This document shows positions 29,804 through 38,071 of a stretch of DNA of 64,000 nt, one piece after another. Numbering within the stretch: the first letter of the stretch is position 1; every line of letters begins with the position of its first letter. The notes below the pieces were generated by a model. It saw nothing but the letters and a program-made list of their open reading frames with translations, searched no databases and was not told the DNA's origin. Position numbers and translations under genes: made by a program. This DNA comes from Candidatus Eiseniibacteriota bacterium (GTDB lineage: Bacteria; Eisenbacteria; RBG-16-71-46; CAIMUX01; VGJL01), in assembly GCA_963792585.1 (NCBI GenBank), contig CAWBWI010000001.1:1792001-1856000 (forward strand), in the 5' to 3' direction.

Positions 29804-31707
29804 TCGTGGAGAAGCCTCAGGTTGTCTTGGACATCGTGATGCTTGCAGATCTGGTGGACGATGTCGGTGGAGATCGCTCCCCGCTCGCGCGGCAATTCCA
29901 CTCTGTAGACAGAGACAATCTGGACGCCATGCTGCGAGAGGCAGCGCCGAGGTTCTCATCCATGCCAGGCGGGCCGTTCGGTTCCGCGGAAAACCACTCT
30001 GTCGCTTCGTCGGTCCACTTCGCTCGAAAGCACGTCATCGGGTCGTTCCGGGACTTCCGCCCCGAGCAGCTGGTCGAGGCGATCCCCGAAGCCAGAGAGC
30101 TCCGGCGGCTGCGATCAGTACTGATCGAGGTCGCGCAGGGGAGGAGCGGCCCCGCCTCCGTGCGAGAGGCGCTGTCATCAATCAAGGAGCCGGCGGAGCT
30201 GGTGGAGGCGATCCAGCGCGCGCTCGGAGGATCACCCCCCGTCGGAGGCGGCTCGACCCCGACGACGCACCCGGAGGGACCTGTCTCCGCAATCCCACCC
30301 TCCCCCGGCACATCGCTGTTCGATCTGGTGGACGTCGAAGGATCCAGAGAGGGGGGTGGCGGCGCGGAATCCCACGCCCCCGCGGATAGCCCAGGAGCTC
30401 CCGACAGCGTGCGAGAGGGCTTGGACCGGCTCATCGCGGGCCTGCTGGGGCTCGGGCGCTCGCAGGACGCACCGTCCCCCGCCACAATACGTCCTCTCAT
30501 TGCCGAGACTGATCGCGCGATCGCGAGAATAATCCGCGCCACCCTTCTCGATGCACGATTCCAAACCCTCGAGGCGGCCTGGCTCTCCCTTCGATTTCTC
30601 GTTCGTCGCGTCGACTTTCGTACCGGAATCCGCTTACACATTCTCGCGGCGGATCGCGCCACTCTCATGGATGCACTTCGCGGGGTGACACTCCCCTTCC
30701 TCGATGAGCTTCGCGCCGAAGGACGTCTCGCGTGCGTCCTCCTGGACTTCTCGTTCGGGGGCACAGCCGAGGATCTCTCCGACCTGACGGAGATTGCCGA
30801 AATCGCCGCGGAAGCCAGAACCCCGATCGTCGCTGCGGTCGAAGCTTCCATCCTGGGTGTCCGCTCTCTCCATGAGATCCATACGCTTCCCGATGTGAGC
30901 GACATCTTCGAGACGGCGGGACGGGAAGCCTGGGGAGCCCTCCGCGGACGGGAGGAGTCTCGATGGCTCTCGCTCTGCCTGAATCGCTTCCTACTCCGAT
31001 CCCCGTACGGCAAGGACGCGGACCAGGTGAAGGGACTCGAATTCGAGGAGATCCCAGATGGAATAGAGCATCCTGCCGCGGCCACGCAGGGGGTGTGGGG
31101 ACGTCCGATCTGGTTGATGGGGGCTCTCGTCTCGGACAGCTTCGCCCGCACGGGATGGGGGGTCGAGATCACAGGACCGGGACATGGGGAATCGATCGGC
31201 GATCTTCCGGTCCGTCCCCTCGAGCTGCGAACTGGAGAGATTGTCCAATCGCCCCTCGAAACCCTTCCTTCCGAGAATCGGGTGCTCGAGCTTTCGCGGG
31301 CGGGGATCATCACATTCGCCGCCGCGCGGAACACCGACCGGGCTTTCATCGCAAGCGCCCCGTCGTTCTACCGGCCAGCCAAGGTGGCTGACAGAAATGC
31401 GCAAATCGCCGAGGCGCGCCGCGCGACCCTTCCCTATCAGTTCTTCCTATCCCAGATTCTCGCCTGGACGGAATCGATCTGGCGCAACCTGGATCCAAAC
31501 TCCGCCGCGGAGGATGTCGCCCGGACGCTTGTCGCGGGGGTGCAATTCCTGGCCCTCGGTCCTGCCGGGCCGATCGCGAAGATTTCGGGCGAAGCCGTGG
31601 GCGGCGAGGCGGGATCCACGCGCATCTCCCTTCGGGTCGAGCCCTCGGGAGAACCCTTGCGGGGTTTGCCGCCGATCGCCCTCGAGCTGCCGCTGCCCGG
31701 GATTTGA
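29800..31707 (+). CDS. Single-chain TssB-TssC (VipA-VipB) contractile-sheath fusion homolog 1
   Basis: N-terminal VDRDNLDAML and SFRDFRPEQLVEAIPEARELRRLR align with local TssB (IDKDSFSDVM, TLKDFEPQSVARQVPELAKLLELR); then FQTLEAAWLSLRFLV, RFLLRSPYG and SFARTGW as in TssC. Confidence 0.82.
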   Translation: MIVEKPQVVLDIVMLADLVDDVGGDRSPLARQFHSVDRDNLDAMLREAAPRFSSMPGGPFGSAENHSVASSVHFARKHVIGSFRDFRPEQLVEAIPEARELRRLRSVLIEVAQGRSGPASVREALSSIKEPAELVEAIQRALGGSPPVGGGSTPTTHPEGPVSAIPPSPGTSLFDLVDVEGSREGGGGAESHAPADSPGAPDSVREGLDRLIAGLLGLGRSQDAPSPATIRPLIAETDRAIARIIRATLLDARFQTLEAAWLSLRFLVRRVDFRTGIRLHILAADRATLMDALRGVTLPFLDELRAEGRLACVLLDFSFGGTAEDLSDLTEIAEIAAEARTPIVAAVEASILGVRSLHEIHTLPDVSDIFETAGREAWGALRGREESRWLSLCLNRFLLRSPYGKDADQVKGLEFEEIPDGIEHPAAATQGVWGRPIWLMGALVSDSFARTGWGVEITGPGHGESIGDLPVRPLELRTGEIVQSPLETLPSENRVLELSRAGIITFAAARNTDRAFIASAPSFYRPAKVADRNAQIAEARRATLPYQFFLSQILAWTESIWRNLDPNSAAEDVARTLVAGVQFLALGPAGPIAKISGEAVGGEAGSTRISLRVEPSGEPLRGLPPIALELPLPGI

Positions 31708-31731
31708 GCAGGGAATCGGAGGCATACATCC

Positions 31732-32202
31732 ATGGCCCTCGTCATTCCCCCGGTGACCATCGCCCATGATGACTACGCGGGAGCGACCCTGAGAGGTGTG
31801 TACGAGGCTCTCCCGAACGAGCCGGGGTTGTGTGAGTGGATTCCGAGCTTCAGCTACGAGGGAGTCTCGTCCCGGGGTCTCCCGGAGCGGCTCACCGTGA
31901 CGATGCAGATATCGATCCGCATGCCCCGCTGGACGGGGCGGGCCGGCGCGAGAGCGGTCGAAATGGCGGAATGGGATCGTTTCTACGCGGCGCTGCTGGA
32001 GCATGAGCGGGGCCACGAGTCTCGCGCCCGCGCGGGGGCGGCGGCAATGCACGCCCGCATGCAGAAGGCGCTGGCGGCAGACCTGCAGTCGGTCATGGAT
32101 GAGGAAAACGAGAAGATCAAGGCCACGAACGCGGCCTACGACAACGCGACGGATCACGGAAGACAACCCCCACCGGGAACGACCATCACGTTTCCGCCGT
32201 AG
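31732..32202 (+). CDS. Small HExxH zinc-peptidase-like protein (DUF922-like)
   Basis: IRMPRW...EWDRFYAALLEHERGH...YDNATDHG; no signal peptide. Confidence 0.72.
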   Translation: MALVIPPVTIAHDDYAGATLRGVYEALPNEPGLCEWIPSFSYEGVSSRGLPERLTVTMQISIRMPRWTGRAGARAVEMAEWDRFYAALLEHERGHESRARAGAAAMHARMQKALAADLQSVMDEENEKIKATNAAYDNATDHGRQPPPGTTITFPP

Positions 32203-32245
32203 CCCACCCCCCGGCGGGATTCGGTTCGATGGAAAGGAGCCGTAG

Positions 32246-33637
32246 ATGAACACCATGCCCTGGAAGCTTCTGGTTCTCACGGAAGCGGGTGTCCCGGGGA
32301 ATGCGGGCGTCGAGGGGCCGATCCGCTGCCCCGGTGGTGACGACGGAGCCTCCGCGTGGCTTGGGACCCTTCGTCCCGTTGTGGAGGTGCCGTCTTCGGG
32401 CGGGTCTGTTCCCCCGTCGGCGAACGTCATGCTCGATTGCCACGACCCTACGGCATTCGAGCCCGCTGCGATTGCCGCACGCCTCTCATCCACGGGGAGC
32501 GTTGAGCCCAAAGAGATCGATGCTGTGCTGCATCATCCCCCGTTCCAGAAGGTGGAATCGGCCTATCGGGGATTGCGGCTCCTTCTTTCGCATACGACGG
32601 ACGAGATCGAGGTGTGGGTCCTTTCGCTGTCGCGGAAGGAACTCGCGGAGCGGTTCCGCAAGGTGATCTTCGATCCGTGGAATGCCGACGCAGAGGCTGC
32701 TCCCTGGGCCTTGATCCTCGCAGATTTCGATTTCACCCATCGGCCCGAGGATCTCGCAATGTTGCGTGAGCTGGGGACGATGGCCAGGGTCCTGAAGGCC
32801 CCGATCGTCGGCGCGACGTCACCGGCGTTCTTCGACCTCCGCCATATGTTCCACGTGACAGCGCTGCCGGATCTCGCGGGCCGGTTCATGGATCCGGCGC
32901 ACGCGGCCTGGCGCATATTCCAGGCCAGCGAGGACGCACGATGGGTGGCCCTCACGATCAATCGCTATCTGCAACGACCTTCCTACGATCTCGATTCGAT
33001 CGGGTTCAAGGAGGCGGCGGAGGAGGCGAAGCCGGAAACGTACCTGTGGGGACGAGGGATCTGGCTGGTCGGCGCGGCGGTCGCGCGAAGCGTCGCCACC
33101 CATCGTCATGCCTTGGACCTCTCCGGGCGCGGCGGCCACTTCGATGATCTACCGTTTCGACCCTTTCCGGTCGCCGCCAATGAGATGGTTTCCTTGTCGA
33201 CAGAAGTCCCCATGCCCGAGGAGAAGTCGCAGGAGTTTTCCCGGGCCGCATTCACCCCGCTGGTGGGTCGGATCCGCAGCAACGTCGCGGTTCTTCCGAT
33301 TGCGGTCACTCTGTTCCGGCTGCAGCCCGGCCGTTTGACCGTGGAAGGGACGCTTGCTTATCCGCTCATGGCCGGTCGGCTCGCCCAGTTCTGCGATCTC
33401 CTGTTATCAAATCTTCCGGAGGGGGATGAGAGCGTGGCGGCGGGCTTCTTGAGGACCGAGCTGCTCGGATTCTTAGGTGCACTCGCCGGTGAGGAGCCCG
33501 AAGCGGCGGTGACGGTGGAACTGGAACACCAGGAGGCCGACGGAAAGAGCCGGGTGCTCGCGAATGTGATGGTTCGTCCGGCGGTTCCATTGGAGGGGAA
33601 GAGGATCGAGTTCGGATTCGTGCTGCCGCTTTCCTGA
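32246..33637 (+). CDS. Compact TssB-TssC sheath fusion homolog 2
   Basis: MPWKLLVL and AFEPAAIAARL resemble TssB LPLKLMVL and DFEPQSVARQV; then VLHHPPFQKVESAYRGL, EDARWVAL and YLWG as in TssC. Confidence 0.8.
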   Translation: MNTMPWKLLVLTEAGVPGNAGVEGPIRCPGGDDGASAWLGTLRPVVEVPSSGGSVPPSANVMLDCHDPTAFEPAAIAARLSSTGSVEPKEIDAVLHHPPFQKVESAYRGLRLLLSHTTDEIEVWVLSLSRKELAERFRKVIFDPWNADAEAAPWALILADFDFTHRPEDLAMLRELGTMARVLKAPIVGATSPAFFDLRHMFHVTALPDLAGRFMDPAHAAWRIFQASEDARWVALTINRYLQRPSYDLDSIGFKEAAEEAKPETYLWGRGIWLVGAAVARSVATHRHALDLSGRGGHFDDLPFRPFPVAANEMVSLSTEVPMPEEKSQEFSRAAFTPLVGRIRSNVAVLPIAVTLFRLQPGRLTVEGTLAYPLMAGRLAQFCDLLLSNLPEGDESVAAGFLRTELLGFLGALAGEEPEAAVTVELEHQEADGKSRVLANVMVRPAVPLEGKRIEFGFVLPLS

Positions 33638-33658
33638 CGGAGAAACAAGACGGGCGCT

Positions 33659-34936
33659 CTAGATGCTGAGGCCCAGTTCCAACGCCTGGCGGAATCCAGG
33701 AGCCCTGGTTTCATACAATGCGCCGCGGCGTTCGTACGCCGCGAGGGCGAGCGCCGCCGCTCGGCGGTGACGCTGGCGCCCGGTCCTCAGAGCTTCCCGC
33801 AGCCCCTCGACCGAGAACGGTTGGCCGAGGAAGTATCTCTCTCCCGGTTGGAATCGGCTTCGGTTCGTGTCCCACCATCGCCGCACGAGCTTGGGGTCAG
33901 GCATGGGCAGATCCTCATCGGGATCCAACTCAATCGACTTGTCTGGAGAAGTCTCGACCTGATCTTCCATTGCTCCCTCCGGGGGCGAGCAATCGAGATC
34001 GTTCAGCGCCAAGTCAACACCGGTCAACAAACTGAATCCCTCTCCGGCGCTTTTCGTCACCTCCTGGTCATCCATCATTTCGAGCAAGACCGGGATTCCG
34101 ATGGGGTCTCCCATGAGTCCGATTCCGACCAGAGCGAGCGCGGTGGTGGCCGGTCGCTTGCTCAGTTCGATCAGCCAATCGTAGGCAGAGCCGGAAGGGC
34201 TACAAGCCACGATCGTCTCCAACGCCCTGCGGCTAAACGGGCCCTCACGATCTAACGACTCATGGAGGATCCTAAGAGCCTGGGGATCGCAGGTGAGCAG
34301 CGCGGCCGACCAGGCCGCGGCAATCATGACTTCCGGCTGTCCGTCCTCCAACCCTCGGCGCAGAGTGGGGCTATGCGCCATCGCACCGATCTCCCCGATC
34401 GCAAGATAGGCGCGGGTACGCAGCTCGGGGTCGGGGTCATTGGCCGCCTGCAGGAGGGCGGGCCCCGGATCTCGTCGTTGGTTTGCATAGGCCGCTACGG
34501 CGACTCGCCTAGCGGGACCGCCGGACTCCATCAGGAGAGTCGCGAGGTAGTGCTCCGCGACCTCGAAATCGAGCCAGCTCAAAGCCGACGCGAGCCCCCG
34601 GGACAGATCGTACGAGGCGATCCCAGCCTGAAGGGCATCATCCATCCACTCGGACTCGTCCTGTTGCAGCCCGAGCACGGCGGCAACGAATACCTCCCCC
34701 GCGTCGCCTCCCGACAGAGCGGCCCGGCAGATTGCCCAGCCCGCATCACCCGCGATCCGGAGGCCATCGAGATGCGCCTCGATTCGGCCGTCCAGTCGAG
34801 CAAGATCGCGCAGGTCATAGTGGGGAGCAGATACGGCCGCGTCCCTCAGGATCCAGAGGAACGCGGCGTCCTCCGCGTGCTGGTCGACGATGACCCGATT
34901 GATCCTCTTCGGGCCGGCTAGTCGATTCGTGTCCAT
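33659..34936 (-). CDS. TIGR02270-family HEAT-repeat protein (T6SS effector-module associated)
   Basis: HAEDAAFLW..R..AV.APHY.L.DL..LD.RI.AHLDGL; AGEGFSLLTG; LPMPDP..V.RWW. Confidence 0.82.
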   Translation of the reverse strand: MDTNRLAGPKRINRVIVDQHAEDAAFLWILRDAAVSAPHYDLRDLARLDGRIEAHLDGLRIAGDAGWAICRAALSGGDAGEVFVAAVLGLQQDESEWMDDALQAGIASYDLSRGLASALSWLDFEVAEHYLATLLMESGGPARRVAVAAYANQRRDPGPALLQAANDPDPELRTRAYLAIGEIGAMAHSPTLRRGLEDGQPEVMIAAAWSAALLTCDPQALRILHESLDREGPFSRRALETIVACSPSGSAYDWLIELSKRPATTALALVGIGLMGDPIGIPVLLEMMDDQEVTKSAGEGFSLLTGVDLALNDLDCSPPEGAMEDQVETSPDKSIELDPDEDLPMPDPKLVRRWWDTNRSRFQPGERYFLGQPFSVEGLREALRTGRQRHRRAAALALAAYERRGALYETRAPGFRQALELGLSI

Positions 34937-35823
34937 TCCGATCCATCGAAAGACATGACGTCCTTCGCACCGATCGACCAGAGTACCCCGTCCGCCGCGC
35001 TGAGATGGTAGGCGGATTCGGCGGGGTCATCCCCCATACCCACTACCACAAGCGCGTTCCCTTCGAGGGTGAAGACCTGGCGGAGCGTAGAGGCATAGAG
35101 TTTATCGTTGTACCATGCGAGTCCCCAGATGTCCTGTAATGAACTCTCGTGCTCGATGACCTCCCATGTCTCTCCTCGACCCCGCAGCAGAACACCCCGC
35201 CGGCCGGAGACATAGACGTTTCCATCACCCGCACAGCAAACGTTCGTGAGGATCGTGTTCGTCGGGCTGTCAATCTGCCGCCAGACCTTGCCATCGTAGT
35301 GCCAGATTGCCCCCTGCCAGCCAACGGCGTAGATGTCTTTCTCGGAGAAGCCATCGATTGACTCGAAACCGACCACCTCGCTACTGCCGGGTTCGGGGCG
35401 CATCGTGGCGTCGATGCAAATCCAGCGGTTCGCGTCCTCCCGGCGGTAGACTTGTCGATCCATCCCGGCTGCGTAGGCCCGGCCCCCGATGGATCGGACA
35501 CAGCGGAGGGTCCCGCGTTTCTCGGGGATGCTTGGTCCGTCTGCAATTTGCTCGGTATGCATGTCCCCACCACCGGCTACCTGGACGTCCCCGAATTCGC
35601 CGATTGCCACACCCTGTCTGGCCGGGTGGGACATGACAGCCACAGACACTGGGTTCCACTTCAATGCGACTTGCGCCCACTTTCCAGAGTCCCATTGCAG
35701 CATGTACCCGTGAGGCGCTTGCTGTTTCGCGAGATCGTCATTGACGATCAGAAGGTAGGCTCTTGTCCTTGAATACACCGCGGCGGTCATATAGCTGAAT
35801 TCGTCCGTCCAATGCCCCGCCAT
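34918..35823 (-). CDS. Beta-propeller protein, candidate immunity protein
   Basis: Directly downstream of the toxin gene; repeated blades (IYAVGWQGAIWHYDGKVW, VYVSGRRG, FDGSEW); no signal peptide. Confidence 0.65.
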   Translation of the reverse strand: MAGHWTDEFSYMTAAVYSRTRAYLLIVNDDLAKQQAPHGYMLQWDSGKWAQVALKWNPVSVAVMSHPARQGVAIGEFGDVQVAGGGDMHTEQIADGPSIPEKRGTLRCVRSIGGRAYAAGMDRQVYRREDANRWICIDATMRPEPGSSEVVGFESIDGFSEKDIYAVGWQGAIWHYDGKVWRQIDSPTNTILTNVCCAGDGNVYVSGRRGVLLRGRGETWEVIEHESSLQDIWGLAWYNDKLYASTLRQVFTLEGNALVVVGMGDDPAESAYHLSAADGVLWSIGAKDVMSFDGSEWTRID

Positions 35824-35855
35824 TTCGTCACCTCCTGCATCTTTCAACCGGAGAA

Positions 35856-37040
35856 CTACGCCCAGTCTCCGGTCTCGCGACTGGCAGCGAGCGCGTCCTT
35901 GGCTGCGGTTACGTCTGCATCACTGGTCCGCCCGCTGGCTGATCCCCTCAGGCTCGTCTTGTCGTCAATATTCTTGTCGTTGTGATACTTGTTGAGCTGC
36001 GCCTCCAGGCACTTCGTGGAACAGCCGGACTCCGGAAACACCTCTTTGGCGGCATCGACCCCTTGTTTCCTCGCCTGGGCGAATGTCACCTTGTCGCTGT
36101 TGTTCGCAGCCATGTTCTTGATGGCGGCATTCCCCTTGAATGTGTGCATCAGTCCGTGCGTGGCCGTCGTGTTGTTTGGGCCCTCGACGCACATGCATGG
36201 CGCCTTCTTGGCGTCATAGTCCTTGCACCCCGGCATGGGGGTGGAGTCGGACCCCTTCTCACCGCGGCCCTTGTCGAAGAAACAACTAGCGTCCACTAGA
36301 TGGTCTCCGGTCTGACCCGGGCAGCATCTGACGGGTCTGAACGGCGCGAGGAGGCAACGCATTTTGGTGTGGCAGTCGCTCGCCCCGATCTCCTCCGAGA
36401 GCTTCCGGTACTCGCCTGCCCAAACTACTTTGGCAGCCTCATGCTGCGGGCTGCCGTCTCCTCCGAGTTCCTTCGCTTTCGCCATCTTTTCAGTGGCGGC
36501 ATCGATCCCCGCTTTGCTCGGGCACTTCAGCTTTTCCTTCTCGGGTGTACAGGCCGTCTTGGCATCCTCAACCTCCTTTGCGCACTCCCCCGTGCTGTCC
36601 GCCAGCGCTGCCCGCTTCATGAACGTCCAGGGGGGGGTCTGCCCCGGTTGTGACATGTGGTTATGCGTCATCATGTCGAGATGTCGGACCGCGTTCTGCC
36701 CCTCGAACTTCACATCCATCGACCACGTGCAGAAGAAGACCTTCCCCGTGATACCGTGAGTGATCACACCCATCCCGAGGGTCTTCGTCGCGGCTTCGTC
36801 ACCCGTGCATTTCTTGAAGCTGGACTGATCCTTGAGCATCACCTCCTTGCCGCTGACCTTCACGTGCTTTGAGCCGCTCTTCGTGTCGGAGTCCATTGCG
36901 GTGACCGGATACGGAATCGGGACCGGGCCGGCCGGTGGCGAAGGAGGACTCAGACAAACGTCCGGGAAGGCAGCTATCGACTTCCCGCTTCCCGCCTTGC
37001 AGGCAACCTCTCTGCCGTTTGCAAAGACCTTGTTGCCCAT
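35856..37040 (-). CDS. Specialized PAAR-like effector: DUF4150 fused to a Tox-GHH2-type HNH nuclease
   Basis: FPDVCLSPPSPPAGPVPIPYP and SMDVKFEGQNAVRHLDMMTHNH; C-terminal CCPGQTGDHLV...APCMCVEG...THGLMH...CLEAQL. Confidence 0.85.
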   Translation of the reverse strand: MGNKVFANGREVACKAGSGKSIAAFPDVCLSPPSPPAGPVPIPYPVTAMDSDTKSGSKHVKVSGKEVMLKDQSSFKKCTGDEAATKTLGMGVITHGITGKVFFCTWSMDVKFEGQNAVRHLDMMTHNHMSQPGQTPPWTFMKRAALADSTGECAKEVEDAKTACTPEKEKLKCPSKAGIDAATEKMAKAKELGGDGSPQHEAAKVVWAGEYRKLSEEIGASDCHTKMRCLLAPFRPVRCCPGQTGDHLVDASCFFDKGRGEKGSDSTPMPGCKDYDAKKAPCMCVEGPNNTTATHGLMHTFKGNAAIKNMAANNSDKVTFAQARKQGVDAAKEVFPESGCSTKCLEAQLNKYHNDKNIDDKTSLRGSASGRTSDADVTAAKDALAASRETGDWA

Positions 37041-38071
37041 TAGCCCGTTCGCTCCATCCAGTGGAGGGGGGCCGTCCCGCGGGCACCATCGTCACTGGTG
37101 AACTGACAGAGGGCCCCCTTGCCGGGGGCGTAGCCCTTCCTGGCAGCGGCCAGGGCAACCCCCAGCATGCATGGACCGATCGCGGCGCCCACCTCCCCGA
37201 CGCATTCGGCGGGGTGCCAGATCGGGAAGGTCGGCTTGACCTTGCGAAGCGTGCGGCCAACCGCGAGCGCCGCCTCTTTGAAGCCGTACTGCTCGCCGCT
37301 CACATCGACAAGGCGGTAGCTCAGGTCGTCATAGGTGACTCCCGCGTCTGCGAGGCCTGTCCGGATCGCTTCCACCATGCCATCGGCTCGCAGAGGTTTC
37401 TCCGATTCCACCGTGGACTTCTCCGTCCCCCAGCCAATTCCTAGGCACTGCAGTTCCGCCGCACGCGTCCGCCCGGCTGGCATGATCAAGACTGCCGTTC
37501 CTGCTTCTCCAGGAATGAACCCGTTCGAGTTCCGGCTGGTGAGGAGCCGCTCCTTGATCTCCAGCGCTGCGAGCGCAGGTCCCGTGAGCAGGGAGTCGAC
37601 CCCAGCCACGATGCAGGCCGGCCGTCCCCCGTCGTGCAGAAGGTGCTCCGCAGCGCGCAGTCCGTGGGCGATCCCAATCCTCCCTGCGCAGTGGACCACG
37701 GAATCCCTGTGGAAGCGCAATCCCAGACGCGCCTCGACTTCGACCCCGAGTCGCCGTTCAAGATCCATAGGTAGACCGGGCCGACCCCGTTCGGGCAGTA
37801 GCAGAATGAGCGGGATCTCATCGGCGGGAATTGTCGTCGCCGCGGCAAGACACTCGGCGATCGCCGGGACGATGAGGCGGACAAGCTTTTCAAAGCCGCG
37901 GACCGGAGTCTCGAATTGTACCGCGGATCCGATGAGAGGCTCTCCACCATCATCGATGAACAGGGTCTCTGCGGCGGCGCTCAGTCCGGAACGGATTGCC
38001 GCGCATGTGGACGGTGAATCGAACCCAACGGCGGTCACCATTCCGGAGGCAACGACGGCGACGGGTCTCAT
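37040..38071 (-). CDS. Beta-ketoacyl-synthase-like T6SS adaptor-associated protein (PRK06147-like)
   Basis: GMVTAVG, VAGVDSL, GFIPGEAG, LRADGM, GEQYGFKE, HPAECVGEVGAA; ATGA overlap with the DUF2169 gene. Confidence 0.85.
   Translation of the reverse strand: MRPVAVVASGMVTAVGFDSPSTCAAIRSGLSAAAETLFIDDGGEPLIGSAVQFETPVRGFEKLVRLIVPAIAECLAAATTIPADEIPLILLLPERGRPGLPMDLERRLGVEVEARLGLRFHRDSVVHCAGRIGIAHGLRAAEHLLHDGGRPACIVAGVDSLLTGPALAALEIKERLLTSRNSNGFIPGEAGTAVLIMPAGRTRAAELQCLGIGWGTEKSTVESEKPLRADGMVEAIRTGLADAGVTYDDLSYRLVDVSGEQYGFKEAALAVGRTLRKVKPTFPIWHPAECVGEVGAAIGPCMLGVALAAARKGYAPGKGALCQFTSDDGARGTAPLHWMERTG

Noticed and set aside
37040..38071. Ketosynthase-like gene as evidence for a fatty-acid or polyketide cluster
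   Set aside because: Its position between DUF2169 and DUF4150 matches the known T6SS adaptor context; no ACP or other biosynthetic genes are nearby.
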